From: Trichomonas gallinae
Lineage: Eukaryota
DNA length: 20,000 nt
Assembly: GCA_008369845.1 (NCBI GenBank)
Contig: MRSU01001054.1
Coordinates: 44,775 to 64,774 of the forward strand
Reading direction: 5' to 3'
Part shown: piece after piece, positions 1 through 9,213 of the stretch
Layout of the letters: the number at the start of each line of letters is the position of its first letter
Numbering within the stretch: position 1 is the first letter of the stretch
Made by a program: the position numbers and the translations under genes
Notes under the pieces: model-generated
Database searches by the model: none
What the model was told of the DNA's origin: nothing
What the model saw: only the letters and a program-made list of their open reading frames with translations

Positions 1-67
1 CAAAAAATTGTTTTGTAGTGAATTTTGAATCATGGAGATAATTTTTTTATTATTTCTTACATAGAAT

Positions 68-72
68 TCATT
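68..72 (+). promoter_or_regulatory. Initiator (Inr)-like element TCATT
   Basis: Matches the trichomonad Inr consensus TCAYW and abuts the ATG at 73. It is a short motif and unusually close to the ATG. Confidence 0.35.
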
Positions 73-2586
73 ATGTTAATTCTCTTGGGCTTATTCTTTC
101 ATTCAGGGATGTTAGACACAACTGATGAACGTATTACTGATCGTTCTCAAGATAATTATACTATTTCACTAATTAATCTCAATCATGATTCATTTATACA
201 AATTGACGAAATTTACAAGAATATTTATATTACTGATATCCCAATAAATGTAACTATATCTCTCATTGCCCAAGAAATGATTATTAAGTTTGGAAATTAT
301 TCACAAGACTATAAAATAACTATTACAATGCCAAGTATTAAATCAGTTTCATTCTTTTTTCAACCAAATTCGAATATAAGCCTATACAACAAGTTTCCTT
401 CGTCTTTACTTCTATCAAAAATATATATTTTTCATTTGAATGAAAATGTTATTGTTAACTTGTTACCCTCATCATGGAAAAGCATCCAGCCAAAAATGTA
501 TATAAAAAATTCAACAAATACAATTTATAACATAGACACAGATTTTATTCCATTTATATTTAATGATGGATTCAAAACAGCCACAGCTATTATGAACATC
601 AAGAAAAAGAACGTGAAATTCATGAGAGAATTCTTGTATCATAGTTTGACAATATATGCTGAAAAATCCGATACAAATATATATATACCAAGCTGCTCAG
701 TACATATTTTAAAATCAAATGATGTAATTTTCAATTTTAAATCCTTTGATATCAAAAATTTCGAAACTGTTGTAGAAAATTCGAAAATATACATTGATAA
801 ACTGACAATTACAGATGGATTGTTGAAATGCCAATCTATAACGGCAAAACACGTTGAAATTACTGCGAATTTTTATAAATCAGCTTTTATTATTGCAGAA
901 AGTTTTGAATTCGATTCATTTCACCTATCAATTGCAGACCAAGTAGATAAATGTCCAATTGTTCAGTCAAACTCTCCAACTGATTGGACAACATCAAAAT
1001 TACACGTGATTAACTCAACAATCAAATCTCCTGTTAAATTCAGCGCTTATTGTGACGAAAACAAAAATATATTCGGTATAGAACTAGATGAATACGATTT
1101 GCCCTATTTTATTCGAAATATTTTTATTACAGAAGCATATTACGAAGAAACAATGAATAACTCCATTGTTATTAGCAAGGACAAACTCAATGAAGTCAGA
1201 AATATTCTATTTTACAGTCAAACAACATTGAATATCGTAATTTTAGACAGATATACAGATATTATTGAAATTATCGATTTTTCGAATTTTACTGCTGATT
1301 TAAATGTATACTCAACGTTTAAAAGCGATTTTCCAAGAGTAATCGTATCAGGAAAGAACACAATGCAAATTTTATTAAAAAATGTTACATTAGTTAACAA
1401 CAATCATCAAATTATCAGCGCACAACTATTAAATTTTGATAATATTAATATGAGCAATACAATAAATCTTATTGCAGAGAAAATATCAATAACAACAAAT
1501 ATTCCATTTAAACTCAACATATTAAAGTCAGATCTTTTAATTCTTCATATTGATACATCAACCACATATGTTATCAACCAAACACACTTGACTTTCGATG
1601 ATTGCTCAATTAATCTAAATAATTCAACACAAGTCAATGCTTATGTCAAAGCAAAGAATCCGAATTTGATTGTAACATCCAATACACTCAAGAAAATCAA
1701 CATTATGGCGTACAATTCAATGAGTTTCAGTTCGAATTTTCCTCTTGATGCGGCTTATTTCGGATTTTATACTGTTCAACAGGTCACAAATTATCTACCA
1801 AAATCATTAATCATCAATGGAACCTATCAAATACCTAATTTAATCACGATTCCAGAAAATGCAGAACTAACATTCATGTATGCAGGCGAAATCACATCGC
1901 AAATCAAGAGAAAGCTTGAATTAAAGAAACTCACACTAGGATATTCTTCATCATTGCTGAAATCCAACATTTCATATAAAACAAAAGAATTTGACGTCCA
2001 GACAACATTAAATAGTGTAATTGTAGGTTTAGAAGCAGAAATTCTTAATATATATCCTGAATGTCTTTGTACAATAGATTCGATTTCTGGACTCAAAGAA
2101 ATTAACGTTAATTATAGCATCTCTGCACTGGGATACATTCATTTACACAAAATTAATCTAGAAAATGACAATTTAACAATAAATTTGAATAATTTTGATC
2201 CAAATGATCAGTTCTATTATGATTTCGACTGGAATAACTTGAGTGTTAATTTCCTTTGTATTGATAACTTCAGTTTTGATCAAATTAATCTAAATTATAA
2301 GTTTAAAAGTTCTCATTGGGATTTCAACGGCGAAAGTCGACTTTTCGACATGGTTGTTAGAAAAGATGCAAATAAATCATGTCTTTCTATAGTACATAGA
2401 CAAAAGAATGAAAAAATAGAACACGAGAAGTCGTACACAGCTCTATATATAGGAATTGGTGTTGCTGGATGCGTTTGTCTTTTTGTTATCATTTCTTTAA
2501 CTGTTTTATGCAGGATTAAAACGAAAAGAATCCAGAGTTTCACAACAGACAGTCCAAGCGAATCTATTTTTAGCCATTTTATTTAA
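73..2586 (+). CDS. Predicted single-pass (type I) surface membrane protein of unknown function
   Basis: The ORF track starts at TTG (25), but the first in-frame ATG is at 73, directly after TCATT. It gives a short hydrophobic leader (MLILLGLFFHS), a long Ile/Asn/Ser-rich ectodomain, one C-terminal hydrophobic helix (ALYIGIGVAGCVCLFVIISLTVLC), a basic stop-transfer segment (RIKTKR) and a ~24 aa tail. Confidence 0.8.
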   Translation: MLILLGLFFHSGMLDTTDERITDRSQDNYTISLINLNHDSFIQIDEIYKNIYITDIPINVTISLIAQEMIIKFGNYSQDYKITITMPSIKSVSFFFQPNSNISLYNKFPSSLLLSKIYIFHLNENVIVNLLPSSWKSIQPKMYIKNSTNTIYNIDTDFIPFIFNDGFKTATAIMNIKKKNVKFMREFLYHSLTIYAEKSDTNIYIPSCSVHILKSNDVIFNFKSFDIKNFETVVENSKIYIDKLTITDGLLKCQSITAKHVEITANFYKSAFIIAESFEFDSFHLSIADQVDKCPIVQSNSPTDWTTSKLHVINSTIKSPVKFSAYCDENKNIFGIELDEYDLPYFIRNIFITEAYYEETMNNSIVISKDKLNEVRNILFYSQTTLNIVILDRYTDIIEIIDFSNFTADLNVYSTFKSDFPRVIVSGKNTMQILLKNVTLVNNNHQIISAQLLNFDNINMSNTINLIAEKISITTNIPFKLNILKSDLLILHIDTSTTYVINQTHLTFDDCSINLNNSTQVNAYVKAKNPNLIVTSNTLKKINIMAYNSMSFSSNFPLDAAYFGFYTVQQVTNYLPKSLIINGTYQIPNLITIPENAELTFMYAGEITSQIKRKLELKKLTLGYSSSLLKSNISYKTKEFDVQTTLNSVIVGLEAEILNIYPECLCTIDSISGLKEINVNYSISALGYIHLHKINLENDNLTINLNNFDPNDQFYYDFDWNNLSVNFLCIDNFSFDQINLNYKFKSSHWDFNGESRLFDMVVRKDANKSCLSIVHRQKNEKIEHEKSYTALYIGIGVAGCVCLFVIISLTVLCRIKTKRIQSFTTDSPSESIFSHFI

Positions 2587-2837
2587 TGGCATATACTATT
2601 GTTTATTTAACTTAAATATATATTTCTATCATTGAAATTGACATTTTTATACATATATCATTCATCTCATTGTTCAATTTTGCTTTTAATAGAAATATTT
2701 TTCATATATCAACAAAACTATACATAATACAAAAATTCCACAAATATTAGATCTTGTAAACAAAAATAATCATGTATCATATATATAAAAAAATGCTTTG
2801 TTAATTAATTTTCAAGATATTCCGCAATAAAAAAATA

Positions 2838-3248
2838 TTGTCATGTAAAGTAATATTTTGTTTTGTAAATTTTTCATGCATGTAAATATAAATTTTTGTC
2901 ATGTAAAAAAATTATTTACAAGGTATAGATGTGTACACTTAGTCTTCCCAGTGGAATCATTCAGAATTAAAGTTATAGATACAGAAGGACTATAAGAAAC
3001 ACATACTAGTAAATATCAAAAATTATCAAAGATTCACAGAGTTTGAACAGCTTCATTGACTTTTTTGCCATGTAAATATCATATTTGTCAATGGATGTGA
3101 CAATTTTCTCGGTTTCATTCAATTTTGAATTCACTTTGAAAAGAATATCAATTATCTCTCAAACCGCATTGCTAAAATTATATATATGTAAACGAATTTT
3201 TGTGATGTAAAAAATTTGCTATGTAAATATTATATTTTGTCATGTAAA
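2838..3248 (+). repeat. Array of degenerate TTGYCATGTAAA motifs in two clusters
   Basis: Copies start near 2838, 2858, 2876, 2896, 3065, 3184, 3200, 3216 and 3237. All are in the same orientation, ~16-21 nt apart within clusters. Confidence 0.7.
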
Positions 3249-3373
3249 CAAAATTTTATCAAAATTATGTAACATAAAAAAATAGAGTATTTGTTTTGAG
3301 AAATGAGTTATTTAAGTCAGGAAAAGCATATTTATGTGGTTCAAATTCGATAAACGGGAAAGTTTTAACGTCC

Positions 3374-3381
3374 GGCCGTTA
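3374..3381 (+). promoter_or_regulatory. Possible M3-type (Myb-recognition-like) core promoter motif GGCCGTTA
   Basis: Fits the T. vaginalis M3 consensus as I recall it (DRCSGYTD). It is a GC-rich word ~32 nt upstream of the ATG at 3414 in AT-rich DNA. Confidence 0.35.
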
Positions 3382-3413
3382 TTTTTACAGTTTCTGCAAA
3401 AAAAGAAAAAACA

Positions 3414-5507
3414 ATGTCGTTGCCTTTGCCGCCTCTCGACATTGAATCTTACAGTGTTAAAACCGTCCAATACATGCTTCAGCAAAATCTTGATGCTCCA
3501 AGACTTAAGATTCTCGAAATATTCGACGCTACACAGATATCAAAAGCTCAAGAATTTAATAATTTTTGCCAAGAGATCGAACAAAAGAATATTGTTCATG
3601 CTTTCATCCCACTGACAACACTCTTACAGCCAATTTCGGATATCGTTGAAAGAGGAGTAAGAGTAAATCCAAGAAAAGGACTCAAAGTCGCAATTGGCCT
3701 TGCCAATGTTGATGCCTCGCAGAAGGTGTTAGAATTCGCCCATTGCTTAGTTGCTTTAGGCGTTGTTCAGAATCATCAAGTTGTTAAATCTGATCCAAAC
3801 ACAGAAAAATTCGAAACATCAGTACCAACACCAGATGCACTCCTCGAAGGATACAATTCCATCAAGTTAAACGAAGATGGCGATTTTATGATTTTCAATC
3901 AAAAGCAAATTCGCACACTTCAGATCATCCGCACAACAAGCGGCGAAACACTCGAACGCAAGCTACAGTTTGACCTAACTTGCCACCTCTGTAAGCAAGC
4001 GAAAGCTGATCATTGGTGTGTAAACTGCAATGCAGCCCTCTGCGATGCCTGCAATGAGAAGTCTCACTCATCAAATGCAGTATTAAACACACACACACGC
4101 ATTCCAATGTCCAGAGCCGGCTGCTTCATGGAAACATGTCCATTCCATCCACAAAACAAGGTCGAACATTGGTGCCCACAGTGCCATTTGCCAGTCTGCT
4201 TCGAGTGCAAGCTGACAGGAAACCATTCTGTTGGTGCTTGCTCAAAGCATCAGCTGATGCCATTAACAGAAGCATATCTTGATGCAGTTAAACGCACAGG
4301 AAAGGAATCAAAGTACTTCTCACACAGACGCCGTGTTATTGCCGAGAAACTCAGAGATGCTGACATAAGATTAAAAGATATCGCAACAAATCAGAGAAAT
4401 CTCGAAGACAGAATCATGGAAGAAGCCAAAAAGGCAATAGAATCATTAAGAGAACAGGCAGGAGCCAGGGCTCTCAAAGTTAGAAGCACTCGCGACGAAT
4501 TACTTAGAAAGCAGATGGAAATCGAGCGCGCAACCCAGTTCCTCAACACTGTACAAGAGCTCTCAGGCCCAGTACTATTCATTCAGGCCGCTGATTCTTA
4601 CGCAGACATCTGCCAGAGCGATTTCAAGCACGATGATGACATTCCTCTTGATCTCTATGTTGAAGGCGATTTAGCTCTTGGTGGAGGCTTATCCGTGAAG
4701 CCAAGGCAGCTGCTTGAGCTCCCAGATGGAGTCAAGAAGCGCGACTTCGATGTGGAAGAGCTCAATGTCAGAAACACAGACTACTTTACTCGCACTGAGA
4801 CAATTTCAGTCTCCGAGGCACCAACAGAAAGATCCTACACTTACACGACAAACGGCGGCTGGATACAGAGAGGAGAGTCGAAGCACCAGAAGACTCGCCA
4901 GCTCACATTGACACAGATGGCGACTAGAAAAGAACAGAAGCTCGCACACCGCGGAATTTCTCTCGACTTCTCTCCATTCGAGGGTTCATTGGTTGTGACA
5001 AATGACACAAAGAGGAGACAGCTTTACATGACATTCCCATTCAAGGGAGTCCCACAGACTCAGCTGCTCTTCTCCAGTGAGAGAGATGGCCGCTCAATTC
5101 CGCTCATGCACCAGAGAATCGACAACGTCGGAATCACTTGCGTTCTCGTCAAACGCGGCTCTCTTGCTTTCGGTGGTTTCGCTGCAGCTAAATGGAATCA
5201 TGACGGAAAACCGTTCGGAGAAAACAGTTCTTCGTTCTTGTTCCACGTCACAAAGGATGCCTTCATCCCATACAAGCCACACGTTGAAGATGCTTGCGCA
5301 CTCATTGCCGACTATGAGACAATCTCGTTTGGCCGCTATGACTTAGTTATGACAAACCAGTTCAACAACTGCTCCTCTAAATTAGAAAGATCGTATTCAT
5401 ACGGCCTCGACATGAAGACAAATGATCCAGAGACATTCCTCGCAGGCACTCATGAGTTCAAGGCTGATGTCGTTGAAGTTTGGGGATTCTTCAACACTGA
5501 CAAATAA
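3414..5507 (+). CDS. Protein with two B-box zinc fingers, a coiled coil, a C-terminal TLDc domain and an N-terminal PARP-like domain
   Basis: B-box 1 at aa ~190-231 (CHLC..WCVNC..LCDAC..H..H) and B-box 2 at aa ~242-283 (CPFH..WCPQC..VCFEC..H..H). A heptad-rich helical region follows. TLDc motifs: LLFSSERDGRS, FGGFA..KW, SFLF, FLAG..EF...VEVWG. The stop lies within TAAA, the trichomonad polyadenylation signal. Confidence 0.92.
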   Translation: MSLPLPPLDIESYSVKTVQYMLQQNLDAPRLKILEIFDATQISKAQEFNNFCQEIEQKNIVHAFIPLTTLLQPISDIVERGVRVNPRKGLKVAIGLANVDASQKVLEFAHCLVALGVVQNHQVVKSDPNTEKFETSVPTPDALLEGYNSIKLNEDGDFMIFNQKQIRTLQIIRTTSGETLERKLQFDLTCHLCKQAKADHWCVNCNAALCDACNEKSHSSNAVLNTHTRIPMSRAGCFMETCPFHPQNKVEHWCPQCHLPVCFECKLTGNHSVGACSKHQLMPLTEAYLDAVKRTGKESKYFSHRRRVIAEKLRDADIRLKDIATNQRNLEDRIMEEAKKAIESLREQAGARALKVRSTRDELLRKQMEIERATQFLNTVQELSGPVLFIQAADSYADICQSDFKHDDDIPLDLYVEGDLALGGGLSVKPRQLLELPDGVKKRDFDVEELNVRNTDYFTRTETISVSEAPTERSYTYTTNGGWIQRGESKHQKTRQLTLTQMATRKEQKLAHRGISLDFSPFEGSLVVTNDTKRRQLYMTFPFKGVPQTQLLFSSERDGRSIPLMHQRIDNVGITCVLVKRGSLAFGGFAAAKWNHDGKPFGENSSSFLFHVTKDAFIPYKPHVEDACALIADYETISFGRYDLVMTNQFNNCSSKLERSYSYGLDMKTNDPETFLAGTHEFKADVVEVWGFFNTDK

Positions 5508-5862
5508 ACTTTATTTATTTTGTTTTTTCATAAATAAATTCTCGCGTTTTTTTAAATTGACATGCGATGGTCATATCTGCTTTTTAAAACTCAGAATTAA
5601 GGATATGTTGGATAAGAGAAGCAGATTTTCCGCAAATATCCATCGATAATATTGAAAATTTTGGGGATATTTTCATGTTCAATTTGTGAAGCAAACATTA
5701 AAGTTATTATATCATTTTTTTTTCATATCTAATTTATTATTTCTTTTCTTTTCAGATGAAAAAAATATAATTAGTGCAGAGTGTTGTATACAATGAAATT
5801 TGATTGTTTTCATATTAAGCTTAATAATATGATATGAGAAAAGAAATTGTCTATTGATATAT

Positions 5863-6888
5863 TTACAGAGCCTTTATGGCAGCAATGAAGTTGTCAACGT
5901 CTTCTGCTGTTGTCTGCCACGATGTGACGAAGCGATATAAAGAAATGCTGAGGTCCCAGTCGTAGAATTCTGCTCCTTGTGCGAATAATTTGTCGACATT
6001 CTCCTTTGAGATGACGACGAAGAGCTCGTTTGCGGCCGGTGTGTAGTATGGCTTGCACTTCTCGCAGTCCTTGAGGCCTTGATAAAGTCTCTGCATCATG
6101 TCATTAGAGTTCTTTGCGAGCTTGAGCCAGAGGTCGTCCTTGAGATAAGCGAGCATCTGGATAGCGAAGAATCTTGTCTTAGACATGAGCTGGCCGGCGC
6201 GTTTGTGGAGGTAATCGAATCCTTGTGCGAGATTCTTGTCGAAGAAGATGATAAGCTCGCCGAGAAGGCCGCCATTCTTTGTTGCACCAAATGTGAGAAC
6301 ATCGACGCCGACTTTCCATGTCATCTCAGCTGGTGTGCATCCGAGGTGGACTAAAGCATTAGCAAACCTGGCGCCGTCCATGTGAACTTTCAATCCATTT
6401 TGATGAGCGAGATCACAGATTGTCTTAAGTTCTTCTAATGTATATACTTGTCCTAGCTCTGTTGACTGTGCGATAGAGACGCAAGCTGGCTTTCCTGCGT
6501 GTGGGAATAGATTAGATGCGAAATTAACGGTTTCTGTGATAAGATTTGGGTCGATTTTAGATGGGGAGATAGATTTATGCATGAGACGAGCACCACCAGT
6601 GAAAAATCCTGGTGCTGTAGATTCATCAGTCAAAATGTGAGCGGAATCTGAGCATAATATTGTTCCGTATGGTGGACAAATGGCTGAAAGAGCAAGACAG
6701 TTTGATGCTGTGCCTGTGGAAGCGAAATAGTAAACTAAATCGTGCTCAAATGTTTTAGCTAAGACTTTCTGAAGCTCAGCAGTGTATTCATCATGACCGT
6801 ATGAGCCAGCATTGCCTTTGTTGGCATCAACCATGGCCTGCATGATCTGTGGGTGGATGGAGGCGATGTTATCAGACTTGAAATTCAT
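5863..6888 (-). CDS. ltaE: Low-specificity L-threonine aldolase (PLP-dependent, beta-eliminating lyase family), bacterial type
   Basis: N-terminal NFKSDN, YGxD, TGTASN, HIxxDExxAP, QxTELG, HMDGARF and FGATKNG with the PLP lysine (codon 6277-6279), and C-terminal RFVTSW. The 341 aa length is typical. The stop lies within TAAA. Confidence 0.93.
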   Translation of the reverse strand: MNFKSDNIASIHPQIMQAMVDANKGNAGSYGHDEYTAELQKVLAKTFEHDLVYYFASTGTASNCLALSAICPPYGTILCSDSAHILTDESTAPGFFTGGARLMHKSISPSKIDPNLITETVNFASNLFPHAGKPACVSIAQSTELGQVYTLEELKTICDLAHQNGLKVHMDGARFANALVHLGCTPAEMTWKVGVDVLTFGATKNGGLLGELIIFFDKNLAQGFDYLHKRAGQLMSKTRFFAIQMLAYLKDDLWLKLAKNSNDMMQRLYQGLKDCEKCKPYYTPAANELFVVISKENVDKLFAQGAEFYDWDLSISLYRFVTSWQTTAEDVDNFIAAIKAL

Positions 6889-7059
6889 AAATTGATCAAT
6901 TGACGATAGAACTCTTCCCCTAAAATATTTTTTAACCCCTTCTATAATATAAAAATATCCAACATTTTTTTTTTTAATTTACCAACATTTTTTCTATTTT
7001 ATCAAAATTAGCTTAATGGAGTTTGATCCAGTAGGCAATGCTCAATCTATTCCAGACAT

Positions 7060-7206
7060 GATAAAAACGAAGTCAACAGAACAGCATTAATTGAATCTTC
7101 TGATTTTGGTCATCATGAAGTTATCAAACTTCTTCACCCAGTTCCTTGGATAGATGTAGACGCAAACAGCATTTGGGATAAAACAGCTTTGAGTTTTGCC
7201 TCATGA
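7060..7206 (+). pseudogene. Ankyrin-repeat gene remnant
   Basis: Translates as DKNEVNRTALIESSDFGHHEVIKLLHPVPWIDVDANSIWDKTALSFAS*, about 1.3 ankyrin repeats (TAL..S..GH.EVIKLL....DV.A.....TAL..AS). The nearby ATGs (7017, 7058) are out of frame, and the TGA falls mid-repeat. Confidence 0.75.
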
Positions 7207-7462
7207 GATTATAATACAATCATATTCACAGATGAAGAAATAATTTGAATTCATTTTATAAAAATTTAAACGAGTTATGCATTTTTGCAATTTATTTAAT
7301 GCTGTTTTATGTAATCATCCACACTTTATTCATTGATGACGATTTATTAGTTAATGGTATAATTTTCATGAATTAATGAAAATGATGATGCAAATATGGT
7401 GGTGTTTTACTAAATTATTGTTTTGTTATTAAATTGTTAAAATTTCGATTAAATTTCTAAAA

Positions 7463-8872
7463 TTATTCTTTAGGAAGTTTACTATGCAAAAAATCTGCTG
7501 CCAAAGTTAATGGTGGCTCATATTCAGATATTATTTCATTGAGACGATCAGCAATTGAAGGATCACCTAATTCGTTATTAATTTCTTCATATTCTGGTTT
7601 TGATGGTTGTATTTTACCCAATAGATTGATCAATCCTGCTACAACATGCGATAATATGGCTTCATCATCAATAATTAAATCATCACAAACTGAAGCAATA
7701 GGAACATGCTGCAATAACATCATTATATTGTCATATTCAGATATCATCATCAGTTTGTAAATGATTAAAGTCGCAAATTTTCTTGGTTTGTAAACTGGAT
7801 AATTTCTAAAAACAGCAGCTAGCTTATGAATCTCCATATTCCAGATTATTTCTATCACAGGTCCTCCACACGCTATCATGTTGTTTATAAGCTGTAAAAT
7901 ATCAGTAACAAGCTCAGGAGATGTTGATTCCTGAATAGAGAAGATAATGCGGAAAAACTCCTCATTATTTATCAATGCATAGCAAAATTCGTTGCTAAAA
8001 CACACAGCATTGTTTAAATATCGAATAATTGAAATTGAATTTTCTGATTTCTCGTAATCATATAAACACATAGCAAAATCGGATATTTCTTGATCTATAA
8101 GTAATGATTTTTGCTCATCAGCGATTTTTGTAATGAATAAATTAGAATACGTTTCGAATATCAAATAATGCAGCGATCTTGGACAATCTGGACTTTTAGA
8201 TATATTCTTGAATGCTTCTACAATGCTATCAACACATTCGCTGACATCAAAGAAGTCAATTGAAAAAATTTCATAAAAAACTTCAATTATCCAATTTGCA
8301 TCATCCATTCTAATTTTCTTTGTAAGCGGCTCATATAAAACCATGAAAAATGTGTTTGGGTTGAATATGTTGTGTAATTTCTCAATATCTATTGACATAA
8401 TATTAACTAAAAATTTAAAAAGGTAAGATGGGTGAATACTCGTATCATTTTCTTCAAATAGCATTTTGTAAGCTTTCTCATCGAATTTTGACTTTAAAAT
8501 AAAATCGATTGACCATTTGTAATTTTGAATTAGTTTTTGTAGTAGTTTAAAACAATTTTTTGTAAGATTATCATTTCCTAAATCGTAAAATGTCGTGTTA
8601 TATAGTGCTTTAAAGAAGCCATCTGTAGCCAAAAGATTATGATAATGATTAAGACTATCTTTCGTGTTTATAATATGAATCAATGCATTTTTCTTTGCAT
8701 GTAAATCTTTAGTAACCATGAATGTATTCACTGAATCGTTGAATAAATCAAAATTTCTTTGTTTTTGCTTCCACGTTTCGACTGCTGAGTCATTTGCATT
8801 TAGTTTCAGTATACTGGTATAAGCAGGAGGAACTTCTATCTGTGGAAGACTTTTTTTCTCAGCTTCAGTCAT
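7463..8872 (-). CDS. Hypothetical alpha-helical protein, probably ARM/HEAT-like solenoid
   Basis: 469 aa ATG-initiated ORF with repeated amphipathic helices ending in ARM-like LxN motifs (FLVNIMS, TYSNLF, YLNNAV, LINNMIA, LINLL). An Inr-like TCACT lies upstream. Confidence 0.75.
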   Translation of the reverse strand: MTEAEKKSLPQIEVPPAYTSILKLNANDSAVETWKQKQRNFDLFNDSVNTFMVTKDLHAKKNALIHIINTKDSLNHYHNLLATDGFFKALYNTTFYDLGNDNLTKNCFKLLQKLIQNYKWSIDFILKSKFDEKAYKMLFEENDTSIHPSYLFKFLVNIMSIDIEKLHNIFNPNTFFMVLYEPLTKKIRMDDANWIIEVFYEIFSIDFFDVSECVDSIVEAFKNISKSPDCPRSLHYLIFETYSNLFITKIADEQKSLLIDQEISDFAMCLYDYEKSENSISIIRYLNNAVCFSNEFCYALINNEEFFRIIFSIQESTSPELVTDILQLINNMIACGGPVIEIIWNMEIHKLAAVFRNYPVYKPRKFATLIIYKLMMISEYDNIMMLLQHVPIASVCDDLIIDDEAILSHVVAGLINLLGKIQPSKPEYEEINNELGDPSIADRLNEIISEYEPPLTLAADFLHSKLPKE

Positions 8873-8898
8873 TACAAAAAAATTAAAATCTCCTTAAA

Positions 8899-8903
8899 AG
8901 TGA
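8899..8903 (-). promoter_or_regulatory. Inr element TCACT upstream of the ARM-like gene
   Basis: The minus strand reads TCACTTTT about 26 nt upstream of the ATG at 8872, matching TCAYW. Confidence 0.5.
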
Positions 8904-9213
8904 CAAATCTATTTTTTTCTTGCTCGACCAATACTATAAATATTATAAATTTGCGTCATACAATACAATATTATGGTTAGTAGTGATATATAAAAGGTGC
9001 GGACACTACTTCAAGATCATTATTTGTTCTCCATTCTTCGGGCTTAATTAAAAATATATATTGTTTATTATTATGTTATCTTCTTAATGAATTATCACTT
9101 ATATTATCTGATTTCATAATTTCTGTTATCTTTTTCGATTTGAAACTGTGAAAAAAACATCATGGAACAATAAAACAAAATTTTAATTTCGCACAAAAAA
9201 TAAAATAGAAAAA

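Noticed and set aside
2838..3248. CRISPR-like reading of the spaced TGTAAA repeats
   Set aside because: The repeats are only ~12 nt and degenerate, the spacers are short and irregular, no cas genes are present, and the context is eukaryotic.
8950..9045. Possible second ankyrin remnant (FASYN...KGADTTSR)
   Set aside because: The match is too short and needs frameshifts, so it cannot be distinguished from chance by eye.
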